From the NCBI GenBank assembly GCA_964438295.1, contig CAYTKR010000011.1, forward strand, positions 2,782-66,781: DNA of 64,000 bases. The letters run 5' to 3'. A program made the translations under genes and the position numbers. The notes under the pieces were generated by a model. It saw nothing but the letters and a program-made list of their open reading frames with translations, ran no database searches and was not told the DNA's origin. The DNA comes from an uncultured Anaerolineales bacterium. Its GTDB lineage: Bacteria > Chloroflexota > Anaerolineae > Anaerolineales > UBA11858. Shown here piece by piece: positions 48,937 to 57,682 of this stretch; within the stretch, counting starts at the first letter, position 1; every line of letters begins with the position of its first letter.

Positions 48937-50310
48937 ATGAAACCTATGAATACCTCATTAATTCAATTGGATGCCTCAGAAGCTATTACATTAATCGTCA
49001 AAGGGGAAATCTCCGCTGCGGAGCTTATGGAAGCCTGTCTGTCTCGCATCGAGGCCATCGAACCGCTCATCGAAGCCTGGGCTTATCTGGACCCAGAATC
49101 CGCTCTGGCACAGGCTCGGGAGCTGGACAAACACCTGGCCAACGAAGAACTACCTCGGGCTTTGTGCGGAGTTCCGGTTGGGGTCAAGGATATCTTCAAT
49201 ACCTTTGACATGCCCACCCAAATGGGCAGCCCTATCTGGAAAGATTTCACCCCAGGAAATGATGCTCGGGTCGTTCATTACCTGCGCATGGCCCAAGCCA
49301 TCATCCCTGGCAAAACCGTCACCGCAGAATTTGCCGTGCACACACCCGGCCCCACCCGTAATCCGCACAACCCCGAATATATGGCCGGGACCTCTTCGAC
49401 CGGGTCCGCAGTAGCAGTGGCAGCGAACATGGTGCCTCTGGCCATTGGCACCCAGACTGCGGGTTCGACCATTCGCCCAGCCAGCTACACGGGTGTCTTT
49501 GGGTACAAACCGTCCTTTGGGCTGCTGCCCAGAACAGCGATGCTCAAAACCACTGACAGCCTGGATACCGTAGGCATGTTCGCCCGCTCTGCCAGAGATT
49601 TGCACCTGCTCTTCGATGTGATGCGAGTTCGGGGGGTCGATTACCCCATCATCGAAAAGATGTTCTCTGACCCCCAGCGCCTTTCCAATTCTAGTCAGTG
49701 GAAGATTGGCGTATTCCGCGGCCCCAAGTGGGCTGATGCCGAATCCTATGCACAAGAGCAGATTTTCGCATTTGCCGAGAAACTGGCAACCGATGCTGAA
49801 ATCTTGGTCGAGGAAACGGAATTTCCCGAAAGCCTCAACAAAGTGCATGAGATCCAGGCTATCATCTACGATCGCACGCTGGCCTATTATTTCAAGGATG
49901 AGTTTAGGCAAAAAACGTTGGTCAGTGAGACCATGTACGAAATTATCGACCGCGGCAACCAGATCAGCTTAGAGCAATACCTTCAAGCGCTGGAAGATCA
50001 AGCCCAAATTGCCAAAGAGCTGGATCGTTTCTTTGTGGAAAACGAATTTGATATTATGCTTGACCTTTCCACAGGTGGAGAAGCGCTCAAAGGTTTAGAG
50101 TCTGAAGATCGACCAGACAATTGTTTGATCTGGACATTTTGCGGCATCCCTGCTATCAATCTGCCAGTCTTCAGCGGCCCAACGGACCTACCTTTTGGCG
50201 CGCAAATTATCTCGCGCCGCTATAACGATTATTTGCTGTTATCCTTTGCTGAATACTTATCTGAAGCCAATTTGATTCCCCCAGCAACCTACCCCCCGGT
50301 AAGGTTATAA
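48937..50310 (+). CDS. Amidase-signature family protein (GatA-like)
   Basis: GVPVGVKD, GKTVTAEFA, GTSSTGSA, GTQTAGSTIRPASYTGVFGYKPS. Lys-cisSer-Ser triad appears intact. Confidence 0.88.
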   Translation: MKPMNTSLIQLDASEAITLIVKGEISAAELMEACLSRIEAIEPLIEAWAYLDPESALAQARELDKHLANEELPRALCGVPVGVKDIFNTFDMPTQMGSPIWKDFTPGNDARVVHYLRMAQAIIPGKTVTAEFAVHTPGPTRNPHNPEYMAGTSSTGSAVAVAANMVPLAIGTQTAGSTIRPASYTGVFGYKPSFGLLPRTAMLKTTDSLDTVGMFARSARDLHLLFDVMRVRGVDYPIIEKMFSDPQRLSNSSQWKIGVFRGPKWADAESYAQEQIFAFAEKLATDAEILVEETEFPESLNKVHEIQAIIYDRTLAYYFKDEFRQKTLVSETMYEIIDRGNQISLEQYLQALEDQAQIAKELDRFFVENEFDIMLDLSTGGEALKGLESEDRPDNCLIWTFCGIPAINLPVFSGPTDLPFGAQIISRRYNDYLLLSFAEYLSEANLIPPATYPPVRL

Positions 50311-52200
50311 CATTTCCGCCCACAATCCCAACACCACCAAGGCATAGAGTCGTTTGCCATGATTGGCGCGGCCAGCGAGATGCTCTTCGAGCAGCTGCTG
50401 GCGCGGTTGATATTTGAACCATCGCTCCAGGGAACTCTGAGGATCGAGGATGATTTGGCGAGACCAATCCGCCAGCGGCCCTCGGAACCAGTCCCCCAAG
50501 GGAATCCCGAACCCCTGCTTGCCTCTGGTGTGGACGCGGGGTGGCAGATCCTCTACATAAGCTTTACGCAGCAAATATTTCCCTGTGCGGCCGCGTACCT
50601 TCAAGTTTTCTGGCAAGCGCGCTGCCCAACCAGCCAGTTCGTGATCTAGGAAGGGTGAACGACCCTCTAAGGAGTGCGCCATGGTCATGCGGTCAGCCTT
50701 GACCAGCAGATCCCCTGGCAGATAAGAATGGATATCGGCAAACAAGGTGCGATCCATAAAGGAGTCCGCGTACGCCCTTTCGAACTTGTCGATCAGAAAG
50801 GCTTCCGCGGGGCGATCACCAAATTGAGCGCGAAAGTCTGGCCGCCAGAGATTCGCTTTCCATGTTGGTGAAAAATACGAACCCCAGCGCAGGATGCTGG
50901 CACGTGGATCGATGGCCATAAGCTGCTCCAGGCGCTTGAGCCCGTCAACCAGATTGGCACCCACAGGGCTGTCTTTTCGATTGGGTAGGATACGCGTAAA
51001 CGCAGGAATCAACTTATTGGTCAGCATCCCTGGCAACTTGGCATAGCGGTTCGCCCAGGGATCCAGCCAGTAGCGGTGATAGCCTGCGAAAGCCTCATCG
51101 CCGCCATCCCCATTCAAAGCAACAGTGACATGCTGGCGGGTCAGGCGCGCCAGATGATAAAGCGGGATAGCTGAGGGGTCGGCAAGTGGTTCCCCAAAGT
51201 GAGTGATCAGCGTTGAAATCGTGGCCGGGATATCGCCAAAGGTGAGCGTGAACTCCTGGTGATCGGTGGCGTAGCACTCGGCCACGGCCCGGGCATAGGG
51301 CAATTCAGAGAAGGAAGCTTCTTCGAAGCCCACCGAGAAAGTTTTCACCGGCAACGAACTGGCCTGGGCCATCAGCGCCACCACAATACTGGAATCGATA
51401 CCGCCGCTGAGATGCGCGCCCAAGGGAACATCACTGATCATGCGCATTACCACAGCATCCCTCATTCGCACTCGTAATTCTTCGATGAGTTCTTCTTCTG
51501 TTGCTGATAATTTTGGTTCGTAATCCAACTGCCAGTATCGATGAACGTTGACATGTTGAACGTTTGAGCGTTCAAACGTCAAGCTTTGCGCGGCCGGGAG
51601 TTTGAAGATCCCTTCATAGGGTGTCAGCGGTTCAGGGATATACTGAAGGCTGAGATAGAGATCGATAGAGGGCAGGTGGATGTCGGGCTTCGCTGGTAGA
51701 GCGGTCAATAAGCTGGTAAGCTCTGAACTGTAATACAGCGTGCCGCCTTGCTGTGTGTAGTAAAGCGGCTTCTGCCCCATACGATCGCGGGCGATGAGCA
51801 AGCGTTCCGCTTTTTCATCCCAGAGAGCGAAGACGAACATGCCGCGCATGTGGTTAACGCAGTCATCGCCGTACTCTTCGTACAAATGCACGATGCACTC
51901 CGTATCCGAATTGGTGCGGAATATGTGACCGCGTTTCTCCAAATCGGCGCGCAGCTCGGGGAAATTGTAGATCTCGCCGTTTTGCACCACCCAAATGGTT
52001 TCGTCCTCGTTCGAGATGGGCTGATCGCCAGTCGTAAGGTCAATGATCGCCAGTCGGCGCATGGCCAACCCCACCCCAGGGCGAATATAGAAGCCATCGC
52101 TATCCGGTCCACGGTGCGCAATGGCCGCATTCATCCCCTCTAAGAGAGGCTTATCAACCGGTTGAGGCTTATTGTGGATAATTCCGCAGATTCCGCACAT
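50305..52200 (-). CDS. asnB: Asparagine synthase (glutamine-hydrolysing) family amidotransferase, glycan amidation type
   Basis: MCGICG, HRGPD, NGEIYN, LSGGIDSS, GDGGDE, KADRMTMAHSLE.RSPFLD. Confidence 0.93.
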   Translation of the reverse strand: MCGICGIIHNKPQPVDKPLLEGMNAAIAHRGPDSDGFYIRPGVGLAMRRLAIIDLTTGDQPISNEDETIWVVQNGEIYNFPELRADLEKRGHIFRTNSDTECIVHLYEEYGDDCVNHMRGMFVFALWDEKAERLLIARDRMGQKPLYYTQQGGTLYYSSELTSLLTALPAKPDIHLPSIDLYLSLQYIPEPLTPYEGIFKLPAAQSLTFERSNVQHVNVHRYWQLDYEPKLSATEEELIEELRVRMRDAVVMRMISDVPLGAHLSGGIDSSIVVALMAQASSLPVKTFSVGFEEASFSELPYARAVAECYATDHQEFTLTFGDIPATISTLITHFGEPLADPSAIPLYHLARLTRQHVTVALNGDGGDEAFAGYHRYWLDPWANRYAKLPGMLTNKLIPAFTRILPNRKDSPVGANLVDGLKRLEQLMAIDPRASILRWGSYFSPTWKANLWRPDFRAQFGDRPAEAFLIDKFERAYADSFMDRTLFADIHSYLPGDLLVKADRMTMAHSLEGRSPFLDHELAGWAARLPENLKVRGRTGKYLLRKAYVEDLPPRVHTRGKQGFGIPLGDWFRGPLADWSRQIILDPQSSLERWFKYQPRQQLLEEHLAGRANHGKRLYALVVLGLWAEML

Positions 52201-52207
52201 TGGTTTT

Positions 52208-52235
52208 GGACTGGGGACGGAGGACTGAAGACCGT
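52208..52235. repeat. Degenerate heptamer tandem repeat (GGACTGN x4)
   Basis: GGACTGG GGACGGA GGACTGA AGACCGT. Confidence 0.55.
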
Positions 52236-52265
52236 CAAATACTCCTCTTTATTGCTATTTTCGTC

Positions 52266-52300
52266 TAGGAGTTCAACTTCTGCGAGAAGTTGAACTCCTA
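52266..52300. repeat. Perfect 16-bp palindrome
   Basis: taggagttcaacttct-GCG-agaagttgaactccta. Confidence 0.8.
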
Positions 52301-52326
52301 TCAGCATCATATATTCAAATCAAACG

Positions 52327-53466
52327 TTATTCTTGTGTAAAAGAAACCGCTTTCACCAACTCAAGATACTCCAGAGCAATTTGACGCCAAGAATAATTTA
52401 CTTCAACACGCTTACGGCTGGCTGCACCCATCTGCTGCCGCATGGCAGGATTTTCCATCAATTCAAGTAAGGCATTCCGCAAAGCAACAGGGTCTTCAGG
52501 AGAGATCAGCAACCCGTTCTCGCCATCGACGACCAGTTCTTCATTTCCCGCGATCCTGGTAGCGATCACAGGTAGGCCACAGGCCATGGCTTCTAAGACC
52601 GCATTGGGCATGCCCTCATGCCTGGAAGGAAAAACAAACAAATTAGCCTGTTGAAGTTGCTGCTCTAAGGCATCGCCATCCAGCCAGCACTTGAAATGCA
52701 CCCGGTCTGAGAGATCATATTCTCGTACCAGCGCTTGTAAAGTCTCGCGCTCTGGTCCATCCCCGACCAAAGACAACTCCCACGGATGGAATTTCAAGCC
52801 CTCCAACGCAGCCAACAAGATATCGATGCCTTTTTGATACACCAAGCGCCCGACAAGGAGCAGGTGAACGGGCTGCCACTCGCGGTCGCTGGGGAAAAAG
52901 CGCTGCAAATCGACTCCATTAGGGATGATCGTAATGGGGGCATGGGAGTCAAATGCGCAGGCTAAATCCTTTAGTCCCGCGCTGTTGGCGATCAACCCCG
53001 AAGACCGCCGCCAGATCATGCGCAACAAAGGAGCCACCATTTTGTGATAAACCGCGAAATCGTAGGGTCTGAACCCGGGAACATCACCGCCGCGCAGTGA
53101 CACGAAATAGGGAATCCTTGAAACAATATTCGCGCACCAGGCCGCTGCTCCACTAGGGACGCCGAAAAAGGCAATGATCACATCGGGCTGCCATGTACGC
53201 AGGCAGCGCATGGTGTGAAGACTGCTGACAATCATAAAGATGATCTGCTCCAGGGCGCTGGAACGGTCCAGTCGGCGGCGCAGCGCTTTGATGCGTACGA
53301 TGTGCAATCCATCCTGCACTGTCTCCCTTGGGAGATCGCCAAAATGCGCCGTCAGCACGGTGACCTCTTGGCCCAGTGCAACAAGTTCACGGGCGATATT
53401 AGCGCTGGCATTCCCTGCGCCACCACCAATGGGTGGGTATTCACTGTTGATGATCAGGATTCGCAT
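52327..53466 (-). CDS. Glycosyltransferase family 4
   Basis: EYPPIGGG, VGRL..QKG, PSRHEGMPNAVLEAM. Confidence 0.92.
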   Translation of the reverse strand: MRILIINSEYPPIGGGAGNASANIARELVALGQEVTVLTAHFGDLPRETVQDGLHIVRIKALRRRLDRSSALEQIIFMIVSSLHTMRCLRTWQPDVIIAFFGVPSGAAAWCANIVSRIPYFVSLRGGDVPGFRPYDFAVYHKMVAPLLRMIWRRSSGLIANSAGLKDLACAFDSHAPITIIPNGVDLQRFFPSDREWQPVHLLLVGRLVYQKGIDILLAALEGLKFHPWELSLVGDGPERETLQALVREYDLSDRVHFKCWLDGDALEQQLQQANLFVFPSRHEGMPNAVLEAMACGLPVIATRIAGNEELVVDGENGLLISPEDPVALRNALLELMENPAMRQQMGAASRKRVEVNYSWRQIALEYLELVKAVSFTQE

Positions 53467-53507
53467 TTGTGGTTACTAAGCGTTTTTAAACTCGATAGGT
53501 TTGCATG

Positions 53508-53546
53508 GAAATAGGGTAAAGGGACGAAGCCCCTATACCCTATTTC
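53508..53546. repeat. Imperfect 18-bp palindrome with CGAAG core
   Basis: gaaatagggtaaagggac-GAA-gcccctataccctatttc (2 mismatches). Confidence 0.7.
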
Positions 53547-53573
53547 AGGAGGATTCTTTGTAAAGTTAGCTAT

Positions 53574-55607
53574 TCACTGGGTGTCAGCGATAAATTTATT
53601 TCGATTTTCCGTGATCGCGGAACACTCTTCAACATCATTTCGGGGAAAAAGCACTTGCTCGTGCAAATTTCTCAGCGTTTGGCGTGGCTGGTAGTAGCAC
53701 AGCATTGGTTTGGATACAAATTGTACCCAGACATTGTGCTCTTCCGACCAGGCCTGATCCCGATCCTTGAAGTTTTCGAGAGCCTGATCAGTCACGATAG
53801 CCACAAACCGCTGGGACTCAAGGTCATCATAGAAGTTGTTCAAATAGGTGGGATTCTTAGACATGGCCATTTCCATAAAGAACACTTTCTCGTAATCCGG
53901 GATCAGGGGTACGTCGATCTCGTCATCGAAAATCAGTAAATGGCGCTGGGAGATGAAGAGGACATCCCCGCCATCACGAGAAGCATGGTTGACATGCTGG
54001 TTAATGACATCTAGGGAGCCAGCGACTACATTCTGAGAGGGCAAATCCAAAGGAGCGCCAGAGGCAAGTGCGAAATATACCGGAATAGCAACCACAAGCA
54101 GCGATCTAAACCACGAAAATGTAATCGTTGAATTCTCATGATCTTCAGCTTTGGAGCGATAGAAATACAAATATCCGGCTACAACCATCAACAACACAAG
54201 GTAAGCATCCACATTGTGCAGGTTGCTGCCGCCCCCGATCTTGACGCTGACCACTAAACCACCTGCTAATAAGACCAGGATCATCGCCCACAGCCCTAGG
54301 GCCCGAATAGGAGTCAAATGACCGCGTTTTTTCAACATTCTCACCAGCACGACCCAAAGCAAGGGGAATGATACCAATAGCACATTGAACAATATCCCTG
54401 CTGGATAGGTGACATTGGGAAAGAGCCGATACCACAACAAATCTGACGAAAAACTCGAAGTGAAGGCATTGGGGTCATTGCCAGACAAAATAACATACAG
54501 TGTTTGGGACGCAAATGCTGTGACCACACCAACAATGCCCCAAGCAGCGGGTGGTATCAGATAACGCCAAAGCGGCATTTCGCCCTGCTTCTCTTCCATA
54601 AGGTACAAGGTGGCGGCCAGCATGGCCGGAACTGGGTACCAATTGACGCGGCTGATCCCTGCCCAGGCAGACGCAACGATTACCAGGAACAAATTGCGCC
54701 AGAATTTGCGCCGGTCGAACCACCCCAAGATGATGATCACCGGAACCAGCAAGTGATAATATACCGGTCCCTGAAACAGTGCCAAATAAAACCAGATTGC
54801 AACCTGCGCGACAATGAATTTGTTGCTGAGATTTAGCCGGCGGGCGAATAGATACGCAGCCCAGATCGCGCTGACGACCCACAAGACAACCTGCCAGAAA
54901 CGGTGCCCCCAAAGAGGGATCTCGCCGACAAAGAACGGGACCGACTGCATCATGTATCGAGTTGGGTGCAACACCGAGGGAGGCACCTGCATCCCATATA
55001 CTTTCCCGGCCGCAAACAGAGAGCCCAAATAATAGCGGCTGGTTTCCGACCAGCTCAGGGAGAGGGGATAATCCGTCACCTGGATCATCAAAGTAGAAAT
55101 GTGGTACACAAAGGCAATAACCAAAGCTGTAGAAATCGCCCCGCTGCGCGAGGAAAGCCCAGGATAAAGCGCCTTCAAGGATGTGCCGCCAACAAAAACC
55201 AATCCGCAAAAAACCAACAAGCGCGGGAAGATATCGACCAGTAGGTCGCCCATCAGGTTCAGGACAAGCAAAGGGAAGGCGATCACCGCGAAGATGAGCA
55301 TTATCCAGGATACCCAGCGAAGACGAATCATAAACTCAGGGAGCAGTAACATCCTTTTTGCTATCCGCTTTCCCCAAGTTGTCCAAGTTGCTGTTAACAC
55401 ACCCAGATCTACAATACCCAGACCAACCAGTCCAATCACCATCAACCAACGCTGCGCGCGAGGTGTGAAGGTCACACCCACAGCCAAAACCTGCTGAGCG
55501 ATCTGGTAGGCTGAGCCAATTAAAACGATGAATAGCAAAACCAGCAACCAGCGCAAATCTCGCTCAGGCTTGGGGGGCTCTAACATCTGGGCGAATTCAT
55601 TGTTCAT
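53574..55607 (-). CDS. Polytopic membrane protein, putative GT-C (paralog of 30405)
   Basis: TDYPLSLSWSETSR, FQGPVYY, SVKIGGGSNLHNVD. Start uncertain (55607, 55637 or 55679). Confidence 0.6.
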   Translation of the reverse strand: MNNEFAQMLEPPKPERDLRWLLVLLFIVLIGSAYQIAQQVLAVGVTFTPRAQRWLMVIGLVGLGIVDLGVLTATWTTWGKRIAKRMLLLPEFMIRLRWVSWIMLIFAVIAFPLLVLNLMGDLLVDIFPRLLVFCGLVFVGGTSLKALYPGLSSRSGAISTALVIAFVYHISTLMIQVTDYPLSLSWSETSRYYLGSLFAAGKVYGMQVPPSVLHPTRYMMQSVPFFVGEIPLWGHRFWQVVLWVVSAIWAAYLFARRLNLSNKFIVAQVAIWFYLALFQGPVYYHLLVPVIIILGWFDRRKFWRNLFLVIVASAWAGISRVNWYPVPAMLAATLYLMEEKQGEMPLWRYLIPPAAWGIVGVVTAFASQTLYVILSGNDPNAFTSSFSSDLLWYRLFPNVTYPAGILFNVLLVSFPLLWVVLVRMLKKRGHLTPIRALGLWAMILVLLAGGLVVSVKIGGGSNLHNVDAYLVLLMVVAGYLYFYRSKAEDHENSTITFSWFRSLLVVAIPVYFALASGAPLDLPSQNVVAGSLDVINQHVNHASRDGGDVLFISQRHLLIFDDEIDVPLIPDYEKVFFMEMAMSKNPTYLNNFYDDLESQRFVAIVTDQALENFKDRDQAWSEEHNVWVQFVSKPMLCYYQPRQTLRNLHEQVLFPRNDVEECSAITENRNKFIADTQ

Positions 55608-55617
55608 AGATACACGC

Positions 55618-56565
55618 TCAAGCTTGATTCTTTTCATCCTGACGAATCCCAACCAAGATCGAGGGGACGAGGGCGGCACCCGGCAAACTGGCTATCATCT
55701 GCAATGTGCGGATGAGCAGGGCAATCGTCAAACCACTCTTCAGGGAAATACCCCCCACGTTTGTAAAGATCAATGTCATTGAGATCTCTTGCACGCCGTA
55801 GCCGTTGATCGAGATGGGCAACAGCGTTACCAAATAGACAAAACTCCACAGGCCACCGATCAGCCAGAGGGGCATCGGATCACCCATACCATTCAACATC
55901 AGGGCCAGCGAACTGTACAGGCAAAGCATATGTAACCCCGTCATCCCCAGCGAAACCAGCAAGGATGTCGGGTGATCTTTCCACATAGCAAATGATTGGA
56001 TCAACCTGCGCCATAAGGCTTTGCCCCTCTCCCAGATTTTGTGCTGTCCAACTCGAAGAAAAGGTAAGGTACTGGTCGAAAAGGCATCTCTCCAACCCTG
56101 AGCGGTCACGAGCCAATCCCACAAAGGTCCTGCACCCAAGGGAACGACCAGCACCATCCCAAACAGCCCGACCAATCGGTCAACGACTAAGGATGCTGCA
56201 CTCACAGCACTATCTAACTTCAATTGAACCGCGCCTGCCAAACGAACCACATCACCTCCCACAGTTGTGGGCAAAAAATTGGAGGCGAAAAATCCTGCAA
56301 AGGTCAATTGCAGCGTTCGCCACCAGGAAACCTCCATCTTGGTTACAGACAACAAGGCATGCCAGCGCCCTGCAACCGCCAACCGGGACATGATGGTTAA
56401 CAAGAATGCCAGGGCGATATGGCCAGGTGGGATCAGGCGAATGGCATCGAAGATCTCCCCCCACCCCTGGCGGCGAAAGAGAAAGACCAGTAACAGGATC
56501 GCCAAGAGCGTTCCCACAATCCGTATATATGAAGTTTTCTTGGAAATGGCGGTGGGATCACTCAT
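55618..56565 (-). CDS. Lysylphosphatidylglycerol synthase TM-domain (UPF0104) flippase-like protein
   Basis: RW..L, F.SNFLPTTVGGDVVR, VDR, LPISINGYGVQE. Confidence 0.85.
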   Translation of the reverse strand: MSDPTAISKKTSYIRIVGTLLAILLLVFLFRRQGWGEIFDAIRLIPPGHIALAFLLTIMSRLAVAGRWHALLSVTKMEVSWWRTLQLTFAGFFASNFLPTTVGGDVVRLAGAVQLKLDSAVSAASLVVDRLVGLFGMVLVVPLGAGPLWDWLVTAQGWRDAFSTSTLPFLRVGQHKIWERGKALWRRLIQSFAMWKDHPTSLLVSLGMTGLHMLCLYSSLALMLNGMGDPMPLWLIGGLWSFVYLVTLLPISINGYGVQEISMTLIFTNVGGISLKSGLTIALLIRTLQMIASLPGAALVPSILVGIRQDEKNQA

Positions 56566-57536
56566 TCTTCTGGATCGCCATTGATCACGCGGCGGACCGT
56601 GTAGGTTGGCTTTTGCTGTGCTTCATGATACGTACGCACCTGCAATTCGGCCAGTAAGCCCATCAAGATGGACTGAAAGCCCATATACATGAGCATCAGA
56701 CTGACTGGGAAAAATGGTGACTCAAATACCGATACCAGTGTCACAACACGCCGGACGACCAGGAATGCCAGCAGCAGCGAGCCTAAGGCCATCATCGCCA
56801 TCCCCGGACCCCCGAAGAGATAATTGGGCTTGTGGCCGTAGCTGATCAAGAATTTGACTGTCAGCAGATCGAGCAGTACTTTTGCGATTCGTTCCAGGCC
56901 GTATTTGGTCTGCCCAAATCTGCGGGGGTGGTGCGTTACAGGCACTTCGATGATGCGTGCGCCCACATACCCGGCATAGGCAGGAATGAAACGGTGCATC
57001 TCCCCATATAAGCGGAAGCCGGTGATCACTTCCCGGCGATAAGCTTTCAACGTACATCCGTAGTCACGCAACTTGACCCCGGTTACCCATGAGATCAGCC
57101 AATTAGCAACGCGCGATGGCAACGTCCGGGTGATGAATGTATCCTGACGCCGCACTCGCCAACCACTGACAACATCGTAACCGTCTCCCTCGCCCATCTT
57201 CTCGATCATCATAGGGATATCAGCGGGATCATTTTGCATATCCGCGTCCATCAAGACGATGATATCGCCCCGAGTATTGTCAATTCCGGCAGCAATGGCC
57301 GCGGTCTGGCCAAAATTGCGGCGCAGAGCAACCACGCGGGTGTGATCTGTGTCCTCAGCAGCCAGGGCTTCGAGCACTTTCACACTATTATCTCTACTGC
57401 CATCGTCTACATAGACGATCTCCCAGGCCATATCGACAGTATTTAATGCCAAATGGAGCTTCTCATGCAGTTCATGCAGGCTTTCGCTCTCGTTATAAAC
57501 AGGGACTACGACTGATAATTCTTTCATAAATCTCAT
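56562..57536 (-). CDS. GT2 polyprenol-phosphate glycosyltransferase (ArnC/GtrB/DPM1-like)
   Basis: VPVYNE, DDGSRD, RNFGQTAA, MDADMQNDP, HRFIP and two C-terminal TMs. Confidence 0.9.
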   Translation of the reverse strand: MRFMKELSVVVPVYNESESLHELHEKLHLALNTVDMAWEIVYVDDGSRDNSVKVLEALAAEDTDHTRVVALRRNFGQTAAIAAGIDNTRGDIIVLMDADMQNDPADIPMMIEKMGEGDGYDVVSGWRVRRQDTFITRTLPSRVANWLISWVTGVKLRDYGCTLKAYRREVITGFRLYGEMHRFIPAYAGYVGARIIEVPVTHHPRRFGQTKYGLERIAKVLLDLLTVKFLISYGHKPNYLFGGPGMAMMALGSLLLAFLVVRRVVTLVSVFESPFFPVSLMLMYMGFQSILMGLLAELQVRTYHEAQQKPTYTVRRVINGDPEE

Positions 57537-57539
57537 TTT

Positions 57540-57578
57540 TGGCTCCCTAGGATCTGCCTGGCAGATCCTAGGGAGCCA
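57540..57578. repeat. Perfect 19-bp palindrome directly upstream of the GT2 start
   Basis: tggctccctaggatctgcc-T-ggcagatcctagggagcca. Confidence 0.85.
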
Positions 57579-57603
57579 CTTTAAAATCCATCAAACATGG
57601 GGC

Positions 57604-57632
57604 ATTGTAGCCCACCCAAATTCAATGGTCAA
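57604..57632 (-). promoter_or_regulatory. Internal sigma70-type promoter
   Basis: TTGACC-N17-TACAAT on the minus strand upstream of the GT2 gene. Confidence 0.5.
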
Positions 57633-57682
57633 GCTGGCCCAATGCGCATAGTTGAAGGAGAGAGTTACTTCCTTAGTGTTGC

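Noticed and set aside
49150-49911. 253-aa minus-strand ORF
   Set aside because: Antisense to the amidase gene, with no recognisable domain.
48937-50310. gatA of the tRNA amidotransferase
   Set aside because: No gatB/gatC adjacent, and the motif reads GTQTAGS rather than the GatA-type GSDTGGS.
54475-55209. 244-aa alternative-frame ORF
   Set aside because: Nested within the membrane-protein CDS, with implausible composition.
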